Below are positions 46,964 to 57,723 of a stretch of DNA of 64,000 nt, one piece after another. The notes under the pieces were generated by a model. It was given only the letters and a program-made list of their open reading frames with translations. It did no database searches and had not been told where the DNA came from. A program made the translations under genes and the position numbers. Numbering within the stretch: position 1 is the first letter of the stretch; every line of letters begins with the position of its first letter. This DNA is from Phoronis australis (taxonomy: Eukaryota; Animalia; Phoronida), in assembly GCA_002633005.1 (NCBI GenBank), contig NMRA01000053.1:702608-766607 (forward strand), in the 5' to 3' direction.

Positions 46964-49900
46964 TTACAAGTATGACGCGTAGAATTCTTCCAGCTCTTTG
47001 ACTAGTTCTTCCTTCTCACCAGGTGGCAGAAATGTGCTTCGAGCAGCATTCAATGTCTAGAATGTCAAATTATGACAAGAACTAGAAACAAGTGTATACA
47101 ATGTGCATGCAAAAAAAAACAACAAACAATGCCTTATTTTGAAACTCTTATGAAATCCACCATCCACCACTATGCAACAAGAGTTAAATTACGCAATAAA
47201 TTTTTTTCCTCCCAACACACATTTAAGAAGGTGTGAAGATGACTTATTATTTCAGTAAACTTATCTATGAAGAGTTGATGAAGCAATCCTTGAAGTAATC
47301 TTTGCCTACACACGTGAAGTCGTAATTTACACGTTGATGTTTAGCTGACTATAGTCTATGCAACTGCGCTGTCTAAAGTGTTATTGACGTAGTGAATATT
47401 GACACGACATGTGCCATGTGGACATGTTAAGTACATGCCAAACTTATTCTCAGCCAAAATGACCAAGAATTCCCCTATGGGCAGAAGTGAAATTCATCAT
47501 TAGAGTGGCTTTCCCTCGTGACCGAGAAAGAAGGACAATTAACAGGTAAGTTGGTAAGGTGGTTGAACCATTCTGTAATTAGAATTTTGTTGCCCTAATT
47601 ATAACCAGCCATTTTTACTGTTATCAGAACTGGCGGTGATGAGGGAAGAACTCTGTTTTGTCCGATTACTTTTGTCATGTGAAGCTGCAATAAACGTGTC
47701 ACAAACCGACTTTTGAATCCAGCAACTCACTTTAATAAAATTATTCTCATCTTGTTGTTAAGACCAAAAATTATTTCTAGGATACAGAAGAAGTTATAGG
47801 CTGTCGATGCTTTAAGCAGGTCAGGCCCATTAAATTGTCTGTCACAGCAGAGTAGTTTCAGATGCTAATGCAGTGCGGGCATCAGAGAGCCTTTGGGACT
47901 TATTGTAACCGATTGTCTTCAAACAAAGAAAAAGAATGAGTTGTTTGCTTTGGAACAGCAAATACGCCTGTGAAGAAAGTTGCTAACAGCTTGCACATCA
48001 TTTCTAAATGTTAAATCCTTGCCATTGATTCCATACCGAAACACAAGATAGCGCTACCAGTAGGTGTTTAGTGGCTTTAGGATGATGAATGCTGTAGTAG
48101 TTTCTTACCCAAATTCTATCTTTTCATTGTTAAGAAAACTTAATGACTTAGACCACTCGTTACTATGAAATAAGTCTCATCTTGTTCTGTGCTCAGATGA
48201 GAAGTGATTTCGAAATCCTCTACAATTTGACAGTAAGGAACAACTTGAGACCAATTTAATGACAGCAAATGGTCTAAATCATAAGGTGGTTTTTGTAAAG
48301 GAAGGTGGCTGAACAGCCATATTGAAAAATCTCGCTAAACAGTTGGAAACAAGAAACTTGAATGCATCAAAAAAATAACTAACTGCCTCAACTAGCTGTT
48401 GTTCCGTTAGTTTGATTTCCGTCCTACAGATGGCAAACTCATCGTCCAGAGTAGATTTGGTCAAGACTGGGTCATCCGTGTTGATCGAGAAATTAGCACC
48501 TTCATCAGCCATCCTACAACAGTAGCAAGCCTGAATATAAATAAGCTCTCCACAGATAGTACATCTTCTACAGGATATTTCACAAAAGATTGTGACAGAA
48601 AAATGGAACATGGCACGTTGTTGAAGATTTGTAGGCTAACAACTCTCTAGTCTAAGCTGGATGGACATTTGTTTTGTTCAAGCCGATACTGCTACTACTA
48701 CAGATCTAATGATTTCTCAAACTGATGTTCATTTTGTCATTAATTAGAAAATTATAGCGTTGCAGGATTGGAGTTGAGACTCTCAAGAGCAGCTCAAGCT
48801 TAAACCCTGCTTTGGTTGGCAGACAGTGAGCAGTTTATTACAAAAAGAAATAATTATCAAGTCATTTAAACGATGCAGACAGCTAGTATGGATACTGCAA
48901 TATCAATATAGTTCTCAGCACGACCTCAAAAATAGGAATAAAAAAAGTCAGAGTAAGAGATCCACACAGGGTTCATAAGCACAGATGGGCTTGGACATTC
49001 TGAGAAATAGATTGGAGTGAGGAGAGCCTCTTAAGACAATAATAATCAAGTCACCTTTTCACTGGGTGTCTTGCCCAATCCTTTGGCACTGAACCCGTAC
49101 AGAAGCTGGAATGTGGGCATGTCTCAAAGTGAATGTTAAGCTGCTTCAGATTAGTGAATAGCTGTTCATCATCCATCACATGGTAGCCGTGTCCAATGCG
49201 CTCGGCAAAGAATTCATAGACTGCCTGAAAACAACATTACGATGCAATTATCATTATCAGAGTCTGTGTGACCCAATTGTGCTGATGGATTGCTATATTT
49301 GGTGGGGCGACAGTGGGCACAAGGTCCAAGTTGTCTGGGCAATAAAGGTCAAATGAACGAAATAAAGTCCATTCATTTACCAAGCCACAAAGTCCAAATA
49401 TCCCAATACACTACTGTACTCTATCATTATTTAATACTTTTGACCAAAAATTCCTCCTTCACTATCAGTTGTCAACAATAAAATAGTGACTTCACTTGCT
49501 TGTAGTCTTAATTATTGAGTAGAGCAAATATTTGTAATTCATTAAGTAATTAACATTTGTGGTGGCAAGATTTACCTCAGCATGACTGGACAGCATGTGC
49601 CTTGAGAATCATTCATACCAAAAAAGTTTGCAAGAAAAATTCAATGTATTCTGAAGCTCATCTTCGATCTTTCGTTTTCCTTCATTTGTTATAGTTGCAC
49701 TCATACTAAAACCAAAGTTGCAATGGGCCCGTGCTTTCAATTCTGGTGAGCTCCCGTGACAAGTGTTGTTTTCTTACGTTATTCACGTCACATCGAGCTA
49801 TGTATGAAGTCAATGGATATTTTGGAGCCAACAACGGTCCAAGATTTGCGCAGACAAAATCCCGATCACTGTCCACTTACCTCGCGTACATTCTCTGCTG

Positions 49901-52900
49901 TGCCGTTCTCCCCAGCATGCACTGTGCGGTGAATGTTCAATTCCTTCGCTTTGATGAACATATTGCGGTGATTCTCATGAACTGCCTCAGTCTCCGTCAT
50001 ATTCTCGTCACCAGCCATGTCAATACCCACTACGCCAGCATCTTTATACTTAACAGCCAAATCCAAAATGGTATCAGACCAGTCTGAAAAATAATGTGAA
50101 ATTTACATAGCTCAACATGGATTCAGGATTAGGATCAGAGGGAGGATTTTTCAATCTTGTAGGAAAGGACAAGACGACTGGTGCAACCTTTCTGGGCCCC
50201 CTTTAAATCACTGCAGGGTTTGACGTTAACTTTTTTAGTTACTAGTCCCATGAGTTACAATGTCTCTCAGAAAAGTGACATGATAGAACTTGTTGGAATG
50301 AGGTGCAGACTCCAATGATCCTGTTTCCTTCCATCTTGGAACACAAAAATCAACCAAACTGATCACTACCTCAATGCGGTCAAGCACAAAGTCGCCTTAA
50401 TTGAGTTCGACTGCTAAATTAGCATTTTTCTATTTATTTGAAAACTAACAACATTAACTGCAAATAGTATAAAATTCTACCACTCGATGTTGTTTGGTAA
50501 CAGTTGTAGTGTAGTGCATGCTAAAAGAAAAGTAAAATTTCATGAACAGCTGATTTTTGTTGTAAAATCAAACTGATCGCTATTGCCACATTACAAATAT
50601 CCCCTAAACTTTCAACTCCAAACAATCTAGCCCATTGTGAAGCCCTCTTGCGATCTTTTGTAAAACGCTAACAAATAATACGCCAATTATGTACCCCAAT
50701 TACATTCCTTGGTCAACAAAACTGACACAATGCCATAATTTTTAGATAAATATTTATGGCATATTTCTTTAGGAAAAAACATACGGGGAATTCAACCTCA
50801 AAAATTAAACAGATCGAAAAATCAAAAATCCCACTGAGGCAAAAAAGCTGCCAATATAAATGTTGACGCATATCTTTCTGTCATTCAACAGCTCAAGCCA
50901 CACCCATCCACTCACCTGGCCTATGTCTCATCGTGCACAGAATAGTACGCACTTTGATCCCAAAGTCCCTCTGACCATCATGCAATGCCCTGTTCACAAC
51001 CTGAACCACATGTTCCGGCGTCAGGTGACCTGGCTCTCCCTCGTGGTCAAGATTGTCATAACAGTTGGCAAGGATGTACGGGCTGTAGCGCACTTCTGTG
51101 TAGTAAGCGTTCTGACGAGCACAGTCTTCACAGAACTCGTAGGCAATTCTGTATATGGCATCATCATCACCCCTAAATTAATGCAAGTTCAAGAATAGAA
51201 AATCAGGTAAATTAATAATGCAATAAACCCACACTTTCCATCAAAAAACAAGTCATTATGCCATAAGTGGAATGGAAGTGGTTTAGGTGAAGATGACAGT
51301 TGACAACAGGGGGAAGGGGATCTGCCTTCTAGTGGCGTCACCATGTGATACATTAAAGGAAACGGAGAACAACTCCCTCACAGTACACTGTCAGGAAACT
51401 AAGAGCAACTGCCTCAAAGTACACTGTCAGGAAACTAAGAACAACTCCCTCAAAGTACACTGTCAGGAAACTAAGTACAACTCCCTTACAGTACACTGTC
51501 AGGAAACTAAGTACAACTCCCTCAAAGTACACTGTCACAAAACAATGTTACCCTCTTAGTGGGACTTACTTCAATCCTAAACTGGGTATGCCAATTTCAT
51601 GCTTGCCACATTTCATTCTTTTACAAGGCATTAGTATGCAAAATTTGATGCGAGCAATGCAACAAAATGGCACTCCCGCATCACTGCCTAACCAATCACT
51701 GACATCCACATGGCTACGTGACATCATTGGGTTTCAAAACGTACATGATGGGATGCGCCATTGTGCCTGAGGTCACCCCGGGATGTTCACGACGATGTAA
51801 TTAGGGGCTCATGACAATGGCAGAAAGGGGTAAAAAGAGACAAAGTTTGGATTCTTAACGTAATAATGAACTGCAGGGATCGACGCTATTAAAATCGCCA
51901 GGTCGCATTTTGCGACCTAGCCAAAATCCCAGGTCGCATTTTCAAAATCCAGCTCGCATTCGTAAATGCCAGGTCGCAAAATTTTCGCGCCATTTTTACG
52001 CGCCAAAATAGATTGTTTAGATCATCGAGAAAATGTTTAGATTATGCTCTTACCTGCAGCGTTAAATACAAGTTTCGGATCTCAAAATTGACTTCATTCA
52101 TGCAGGTACGGCCTTACTGTTCTTCACGACCGCCATTGAAAGACTCTAGAGAGCAAGGCAAGTTGCCGACGTGAAAGTTGAAACAGTGCTCTGTAACTGA
52201 CTTGTGCATTCGAGTAGCTAAATTTGCGATGTGAAAAGGGAGAAAATGTCCGTTGAAAAAGTATCCGGGATTTGTTAGATCTGGCCTGCTACTGCCTGTC
52301 ATCAAAGTCGTTAACAATTCAAACTAACTCGGGTAATGGCGAGTTTGCTCCTCAATACATTCCAAGTACGGGAAAAATAGGTCAGTCACAAAACGACACG
52401 CATGTCACTAGTGTTAACTTTCTTTCCGAGGTATAAAACAAAGCCGGGATTTGGTTTTTACATATTGTGAAAAGACGTTTTTGAAAACTGAAGTTGTGTA
52501 AAATGAAAGTGACACACCATATAAGCTGCGTGTCAATTTCAAACCACACGCGGTCGTTTGTAGTGCGCTATGATGTGCGTTAGCTTGAACTGTGGGCGCT
52601 TAATTGGAAATTCTCAAAATTTAAGGGGGGACTTTTAATAGATCAGTGAGCGCTTATTATGAAACATTTTAAAGGTAGAGAGTAGNAGTACACTGTCAGG
52701 AAACTAAGTACAACTCCCTCACAGTACAGTGTCACAAAACTATGTTCCCCTCTTAGTTGGACTTACTTCAATCCTAAACTGGGTCTGCCAATTTCATGCT
52801 TGCCACATTTCATTCTTTTACAAGGCGTATAGTATGCAAAATTTGATGCGAGCAATGCAACAAAATGGCACTCCCCCATCACTGCCTAACCAATCACTGA

Positions 52901-55900
52901 CATCCACATGGCTACGTGATATCATTGGGTTTCAAAACGTACATGATGGGATGCGCCATTGTGCCTGAGGTCACCTGAGGATGTTCATGACGATGTAATT
53001 AGGGGCTCGACAGGAAGGGGGTGAAGAAAAGAGATGATGATAATGGCAGAAAGGAGTAAAAAGTGACAAAGTTTGGGTTAACGTGATAATGAACTGTCCC
53101 TTACGGTCATAAAACTGGTCAATATTGTTCTAGAGACCCTGGTTTCATTAGGCGCAACATTATATTTCCCAGCAAAACTCAGTATAGTTAAGTAGCCGCC
53201 CTTCGTTAACAGAAACTTGTTTAAAGACACAACTGCATTTTCTGTTGGATAGCTTCACAATAAATACACTTGGTCATATTCTCTGTACAGTTTTCAATCA
53301 TCAGGTATACAGTTAAGAAGTAAATTGCCAGTAGACATAGTGCGTATATATTGAAGCAGAGAGGAAAATGCGAAAAATAGTTTCATTAGGATTCCGGTTC
53401 AGAGATTAAACCCCCATGCCTGGATTTATTATAAGATTTAAAAGAAAGAGAAAAATAAAACAGCAACTCACACAATCGGTGGCACAATAACAGTAAATGC
53501 ATGTAGAAACTTGGTCAGGCATTGTGCGTGTGATATGGAATCAAAATAATCCTTCAGCTTTGACAGAGTATCCAGCTCTTTGGGTAGAGTGATCCCTCGC
53601 TTTCTGTTGAAAGAAAAATACAGTTGAAATGTTACTGCAATGTAATAGGGGGTGTAATGCAACCTTACCACAAGTCCTGAAAACTCTTACCACGTGCAAA
53701 CTATGCTTATCAAGGAACCTGTGCCCGGTTGCATGAAACAGTCCCAAATAGGGACTCACCTAAGTTCCCTGAATTTACTGCTTATTTGTGGACTTGTGAA
53801 AATGCCGATTGATCTTTCTTCTACTATTTTAGATTCATTACGTAGTCAACTTTTGACTTCGATAAAAAATCGAGAGTGAACTCAAATTGGCAATATTATT
53901 GAAACTATTTAGGGATCTTTTCATGCAACACTCCTAACTTAAGGACTAAGTCCCTATTTGTTTTCATTGAATTCAGGGCTCAATTTTTAGTTATTTTATC
54001 AGAAATTCTAACTTGATAAGGAGGTCATAATAAAGATGAAATGATAGACAAAGATTCTATCTGAGAGTAAACAAAGACAAACATAGGCAAAAGATTTAGG
54101 GATCTTAGTAGATTCCCTATTTGGGACTGTTTCATGCAACCGGCCACTAAATTCCACCCACCTTCTAGCACTCTTGCCATGTTCAAACAGTGACTGGCAA
54201 CGCACAACTTAGAAATTGTGTTGAAAGTGCCCGTGTGTGGCAAGAGTTGTTATGCATGGTAAGAGTGTTTGTGGTGCATGGCAAGGGTGCACACCCGCGG
54301 CAAGAGCTGGTTTACACACTCTGGGTAACAACTTATGAGCAATTACAGAGATAATTTGACTGTAAAAGTGCCAAAATCAACCTACCCACTCCCAGGAGCA
54401 ATCGTTGAATTCAAGTTGGTTCAAACTGCAACTACGAAATGAATGTAAACATGGTATACTGAAGAAAGCTAGTTTGCATTTCAGACAACGACGCAGTTTT
54501 CTTAAGATGGCGCCATGCTTGGATCCTTTAAATGCAGACTATACTTACTGAGAAAGTTCAAAGATAGTCTCAGGTCTCACTGCTCCATCTAGATGTACAT
54601 GCAGATGTACCTGAAATAGAATACGACAAACAAAACTGATGTCTACGTTTCATACAAAAGACACCACACTGACTTAAATTCCTTCATATCCAACACATCT
54701 CACCACAAGGAAACTGCAATATGGCAAAACAGATTGTCATGAGTACCATACTTCAATAACAATGATCAGCTCAAGATAGCACATCATATCTGTGTCATGG
54801 CATAAGCTGAAAAAGGTCTTTAAAAACCACAACTGCACCAACCATGCTACTTCATTTTTATTGGATGTACAGTAATGAGCAACAAATTAGATTTGAGCCA
54901 ACAGCATTGAATACCAAGAAATGTCTAAAACAGCTCTTTGATGAGTCAGAAAAATGTTGATTTCCCCTAAAGTCAACAGTATGCTTACTTTCTTCATTAG
55001 GTGAGAGTCTTGTGGAGAGAACGGAGAGCTTTCATCACGGCCCTCCTCACTCATGTCAGCGTGCATGGTGGCCACTACGAATCAACCACACAAAAGATGC
55101 CAACCTATAACTAGAACAAGTACTTTCATATGTTACACGTACTCAGCAGTGATGCTTTTATGTTCTTTCGAATCTCCATTACAGTATGCATTAAATGTAT
55201 TTGAAATTTCAACTTCTCTAACCAGCCAGCTTCTGTGCCCGCTAATAGGCAGGATAGACACTCTGTACTCCCTAATATTACCATCCTCTAAGCCAGGTGA
55301 GTAGAGACACTCTGTATTCCCTAATATTACCAACCTCAAAGCCAGGTGAGTAGAGACACTCTGTACTCCCTAATACTACCATCCTCAAAGCAAGGAGAGT
55401 AGAAACACTCTGTAATCCCTAATATTACCAACCTCAAAGCCAGGTTAGTAGAGACCTTCTGTAAACCCTAATATTATCAACCTCGAAGCCAGGTGAATAG
55501 AGACACTCTGTACTCCCTAATATTACCAACCTCAAAGCCAGGTGAGTAGAGACACTCTGTATTCCCTAATATTACCAACCTCAAAGCCAGGTGAGTAGAG
55601 ATCACGACACTCTGCTCATGATAAATTCACCCTTTCCTCACTCATCACCACACTGTTCTCACTTACTGTTCCTGGCTCAGTATTTGTTACTTTTTGTTTC
55701 TGTACAACATTTGCAGAGTCAAATCACATCCTCAACAGGGAACCAAAATCTGGACCAGTCAGATTTTTGCACAAAGTGACTGAGTGACTTACTTATAGGA
55801 ATTCTCAACTATTATTCTATCACTCCCCTAAATGCTTGAGCATTAATACCAGACCATGTTTATGTACAGTCATCAGTCATCACGAACACGAAGTAACTCA

Positions 55901-56540
55901 GTTCAACCCAAAACACCTAACTTTTTGTAACTGTTCACAACCATTTTAAGTTAAGGCACTGATTCAGGTAAAGGCTAAGTACAGGGTCTGAGCTCAACTA
56001 TATTTACCTGTTTCGTGTATAGCTCAGTTTTACTGATTTCTTATTAAATTAACCTTGAAGGGAATTCCGAAGTTAACCTTTCCCTGTATCCAAACATCTG
56101 TTGGTACATAATAGCTGATAGTTAATAAAAATTTGTAAGATTAAAACAGCCCATAAAGATAAAAATTATAACATAATTATTTAATAACTGCACACATTTC
56201 ATTTCAATATTAATATATATCTGATATTAATGTGTGAATTATAATAAAAGACTTAAAAATATATTTTTTTTAAACAAAAGTAATAAACGACTAAGACCTG
56301 GTTTCTCTGACATCACTTCCTGCAATGGATGCCAAGAGATCCGCTGTAAACACGAAGTGAAGTTTTGCGTTGAACGATGCTTGTTAGATTTATGTTCACG
56401 ACTGTTCACAATGGGCTTACTTTGCGTTAGTTGGATAAAGATCACCTTAGAGTTCCTCTGTGTTGAAATATGGTAAGTATGTATTCTTTCAGTATAGTCC
56501 GATTACCTCTCGTCGTCAGTCTCCAAAGGTCGTCCGCCAT
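46964..56540 (-). CDS. ADA: Adenosine deaminase (ADA1-type), about 388 aa, 9 coding exons
   Basis: Exons 56540-56507, 55074-54989, 54610-54549, 53603-53472, 51172-50916, 50083-49881, 49224-49055, 48513-48384, 47056-46964 = 1167 nt, phases compatible. Motifs LHVHLDGA, EVRYSP, VVGIDMAGDE, HRTVHAGE, ERIGHG, HFETCP, SINTDDP and NAARSTFL are present. The first two exons are supported only by splice signals and frame. Confidence 0.93.
51357..51536. repeat. 36-bp minisatellite, 5 copies, in an ADA intron
   Basis: Unit AGGAAACTAAGTACAACTCCCTCAAAGTACACTGTC at 51357, 51393, 51429, 51465, 51501. Confidence 0.92.
51874..52685. mobile_element. Left part of a probable DNA transposon insertion (CAGGG terminus, subterminal ccaggtcgcattt repeats), truncated by a contig join
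   Basis: Starts right after ataatgaactg. The second copy of this flank (about 53085-53100) continues ataatgaactg-tccc without the insert. Confidence 0.6.
52687..53096. repeat. Second, allele-like copy of about 51490-51873, following a single N at 52686
   Basis: Near-identical sequence; gives the twin spurious ORFs 51588..51770 and 52729..52968. Confidence 0.85.
53721..54147. mobile_element. About 430-bp MITE (PIF/Harbinger-like ends) in an ADA intron
   Basis: About 50-bp inverted repeats gtgcccggttgcatgaaacagtcccaaataggga... and ...tccctatttgggactgtttcatgcaaccggccac. Confidence 0.8.
55248..55601. repeat. 49-bp minisatellite, about 7 copies, in ADA intron 1
   Basis: Unit GCCAGGTGAGTAGAGACACTCTGTATTCCCTAATATTACCAACCTCAAA at 55292, 55341, 55390, 55439, 55488, 55537, 55586 (partial). 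Confidence 0.92.
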
Positions 56541-56740
56541 CTTGTTTCGCGTGCAGCGCTGCCACGCGGGACTTAGCGTTCCAATTTGGAACGCTCGTCT
56601 GCACGTTAGGTACTAACCTCTCGGGAGAAACACGCGTGGAAGAACTGAGACTAAAATTAATGCATTTACCGACTGTTTTTTTGAGACCACTTAAAAACTT
56701 GTTGATTTTACTAATGCACTTTTTTGTTCATTTTCAGAAG
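56541..56740. promoter_or_regulatory. Candidate bidirectional promoter region between ADA and NPHP3
   Basis: CpG-richer patch directly upstream of the ADA ATG (context AAGATGGCGG), containing the perfect palindrome AGCGTTCCAA-T-TTGGAACGCT (56575-56595). Confidence 0.5.
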
Positions 56741-57723
56741 ATATTTTCNNNNNNNNNNNNNNNNNNNNNNNNNNNNNNNNNNNNNNNNNNNNNNNNNNNN
56801 NNNNNNNNNNNNNNNNNNNNNNNNNNNNNNNNNNNNNNNNNNNNNNNNNNNNNNNNNNNNNNNNNNNNNNNNGTTACAGTTGAAATATAAAATTATTAAT
56901 GGATAGAAGGCAGGTTCATAGTACCTTTGAATAATCTTTTATTGTAAAATGGAGTACCATTTCATGATTTTGTTTTCGATTACTGCAATGGACTTATTGT
57001 CTTTGTGATTCATGTGGATGTTTTATGTCATTCGATGAAGGAACTACATGATTGTGTACTTGTTTCAATAGAATGCTTAGCTTACTACTTTAACCCAAAT
57101 AAGAAACCATCATTTGTTCTTGTTGTAAGAATAGCGCTATACTGGAATTCATAGTTTATTTAATCAAGGTGTGGAACACTGTGTTACTTTGCCTGTCATG
57201 TACAGTTACTTTTATGACCCGTTTACTGTCATTGACTTGTTACCTATCAGAGCAAACTTCTGACTAAAGTAACATCTACAAGTTTACTCACAACAACTTG
57301 CCTTAAAATCAATTTGCCCCTATTCAGCTGAGCGTCTATGCTACTCACCGTACGCCAAGGGAAAAATGTGGCACAAAAAGAGTTAGGCACCCCCAAGTTT
57401 GCAGCTGATAATTACTTCTGCCTAGTCTGCAGGTTTGTGTCCACATTATGACTTGCATTGGGGAAAGTTGTCCAAGAACAAGTTACCCTATCTTGGTAAG
57501 GTAGGGTAAGTTATTGCACTTGCGTCAAGTTACCCTAGTGCAAAACAGCATTCGTACACTACTAAACCTAGTGACAGTAAATTGATTCAGTCCAGAATAT
57601 TGTGGACTTAAAATCTTGTAGGAGTTACCAATTTCATTAATTTGCATTTAGTCATCTGACTAGAAATAGCAATTGCACAATGTTGGTGACTGGCTAATCT
57701 TTCACTGGCGTTATGAATCTCAG

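Noticed and set aside
51357-51536. 36-bp repeats of CRISPR-like length
   Set aside because: Head-to-tail with no unique spacers, inside a eukaryotic intron, and no cas genes: a minisatellite. The 12-aa repeat ORF 51287..51559 is a by-product.
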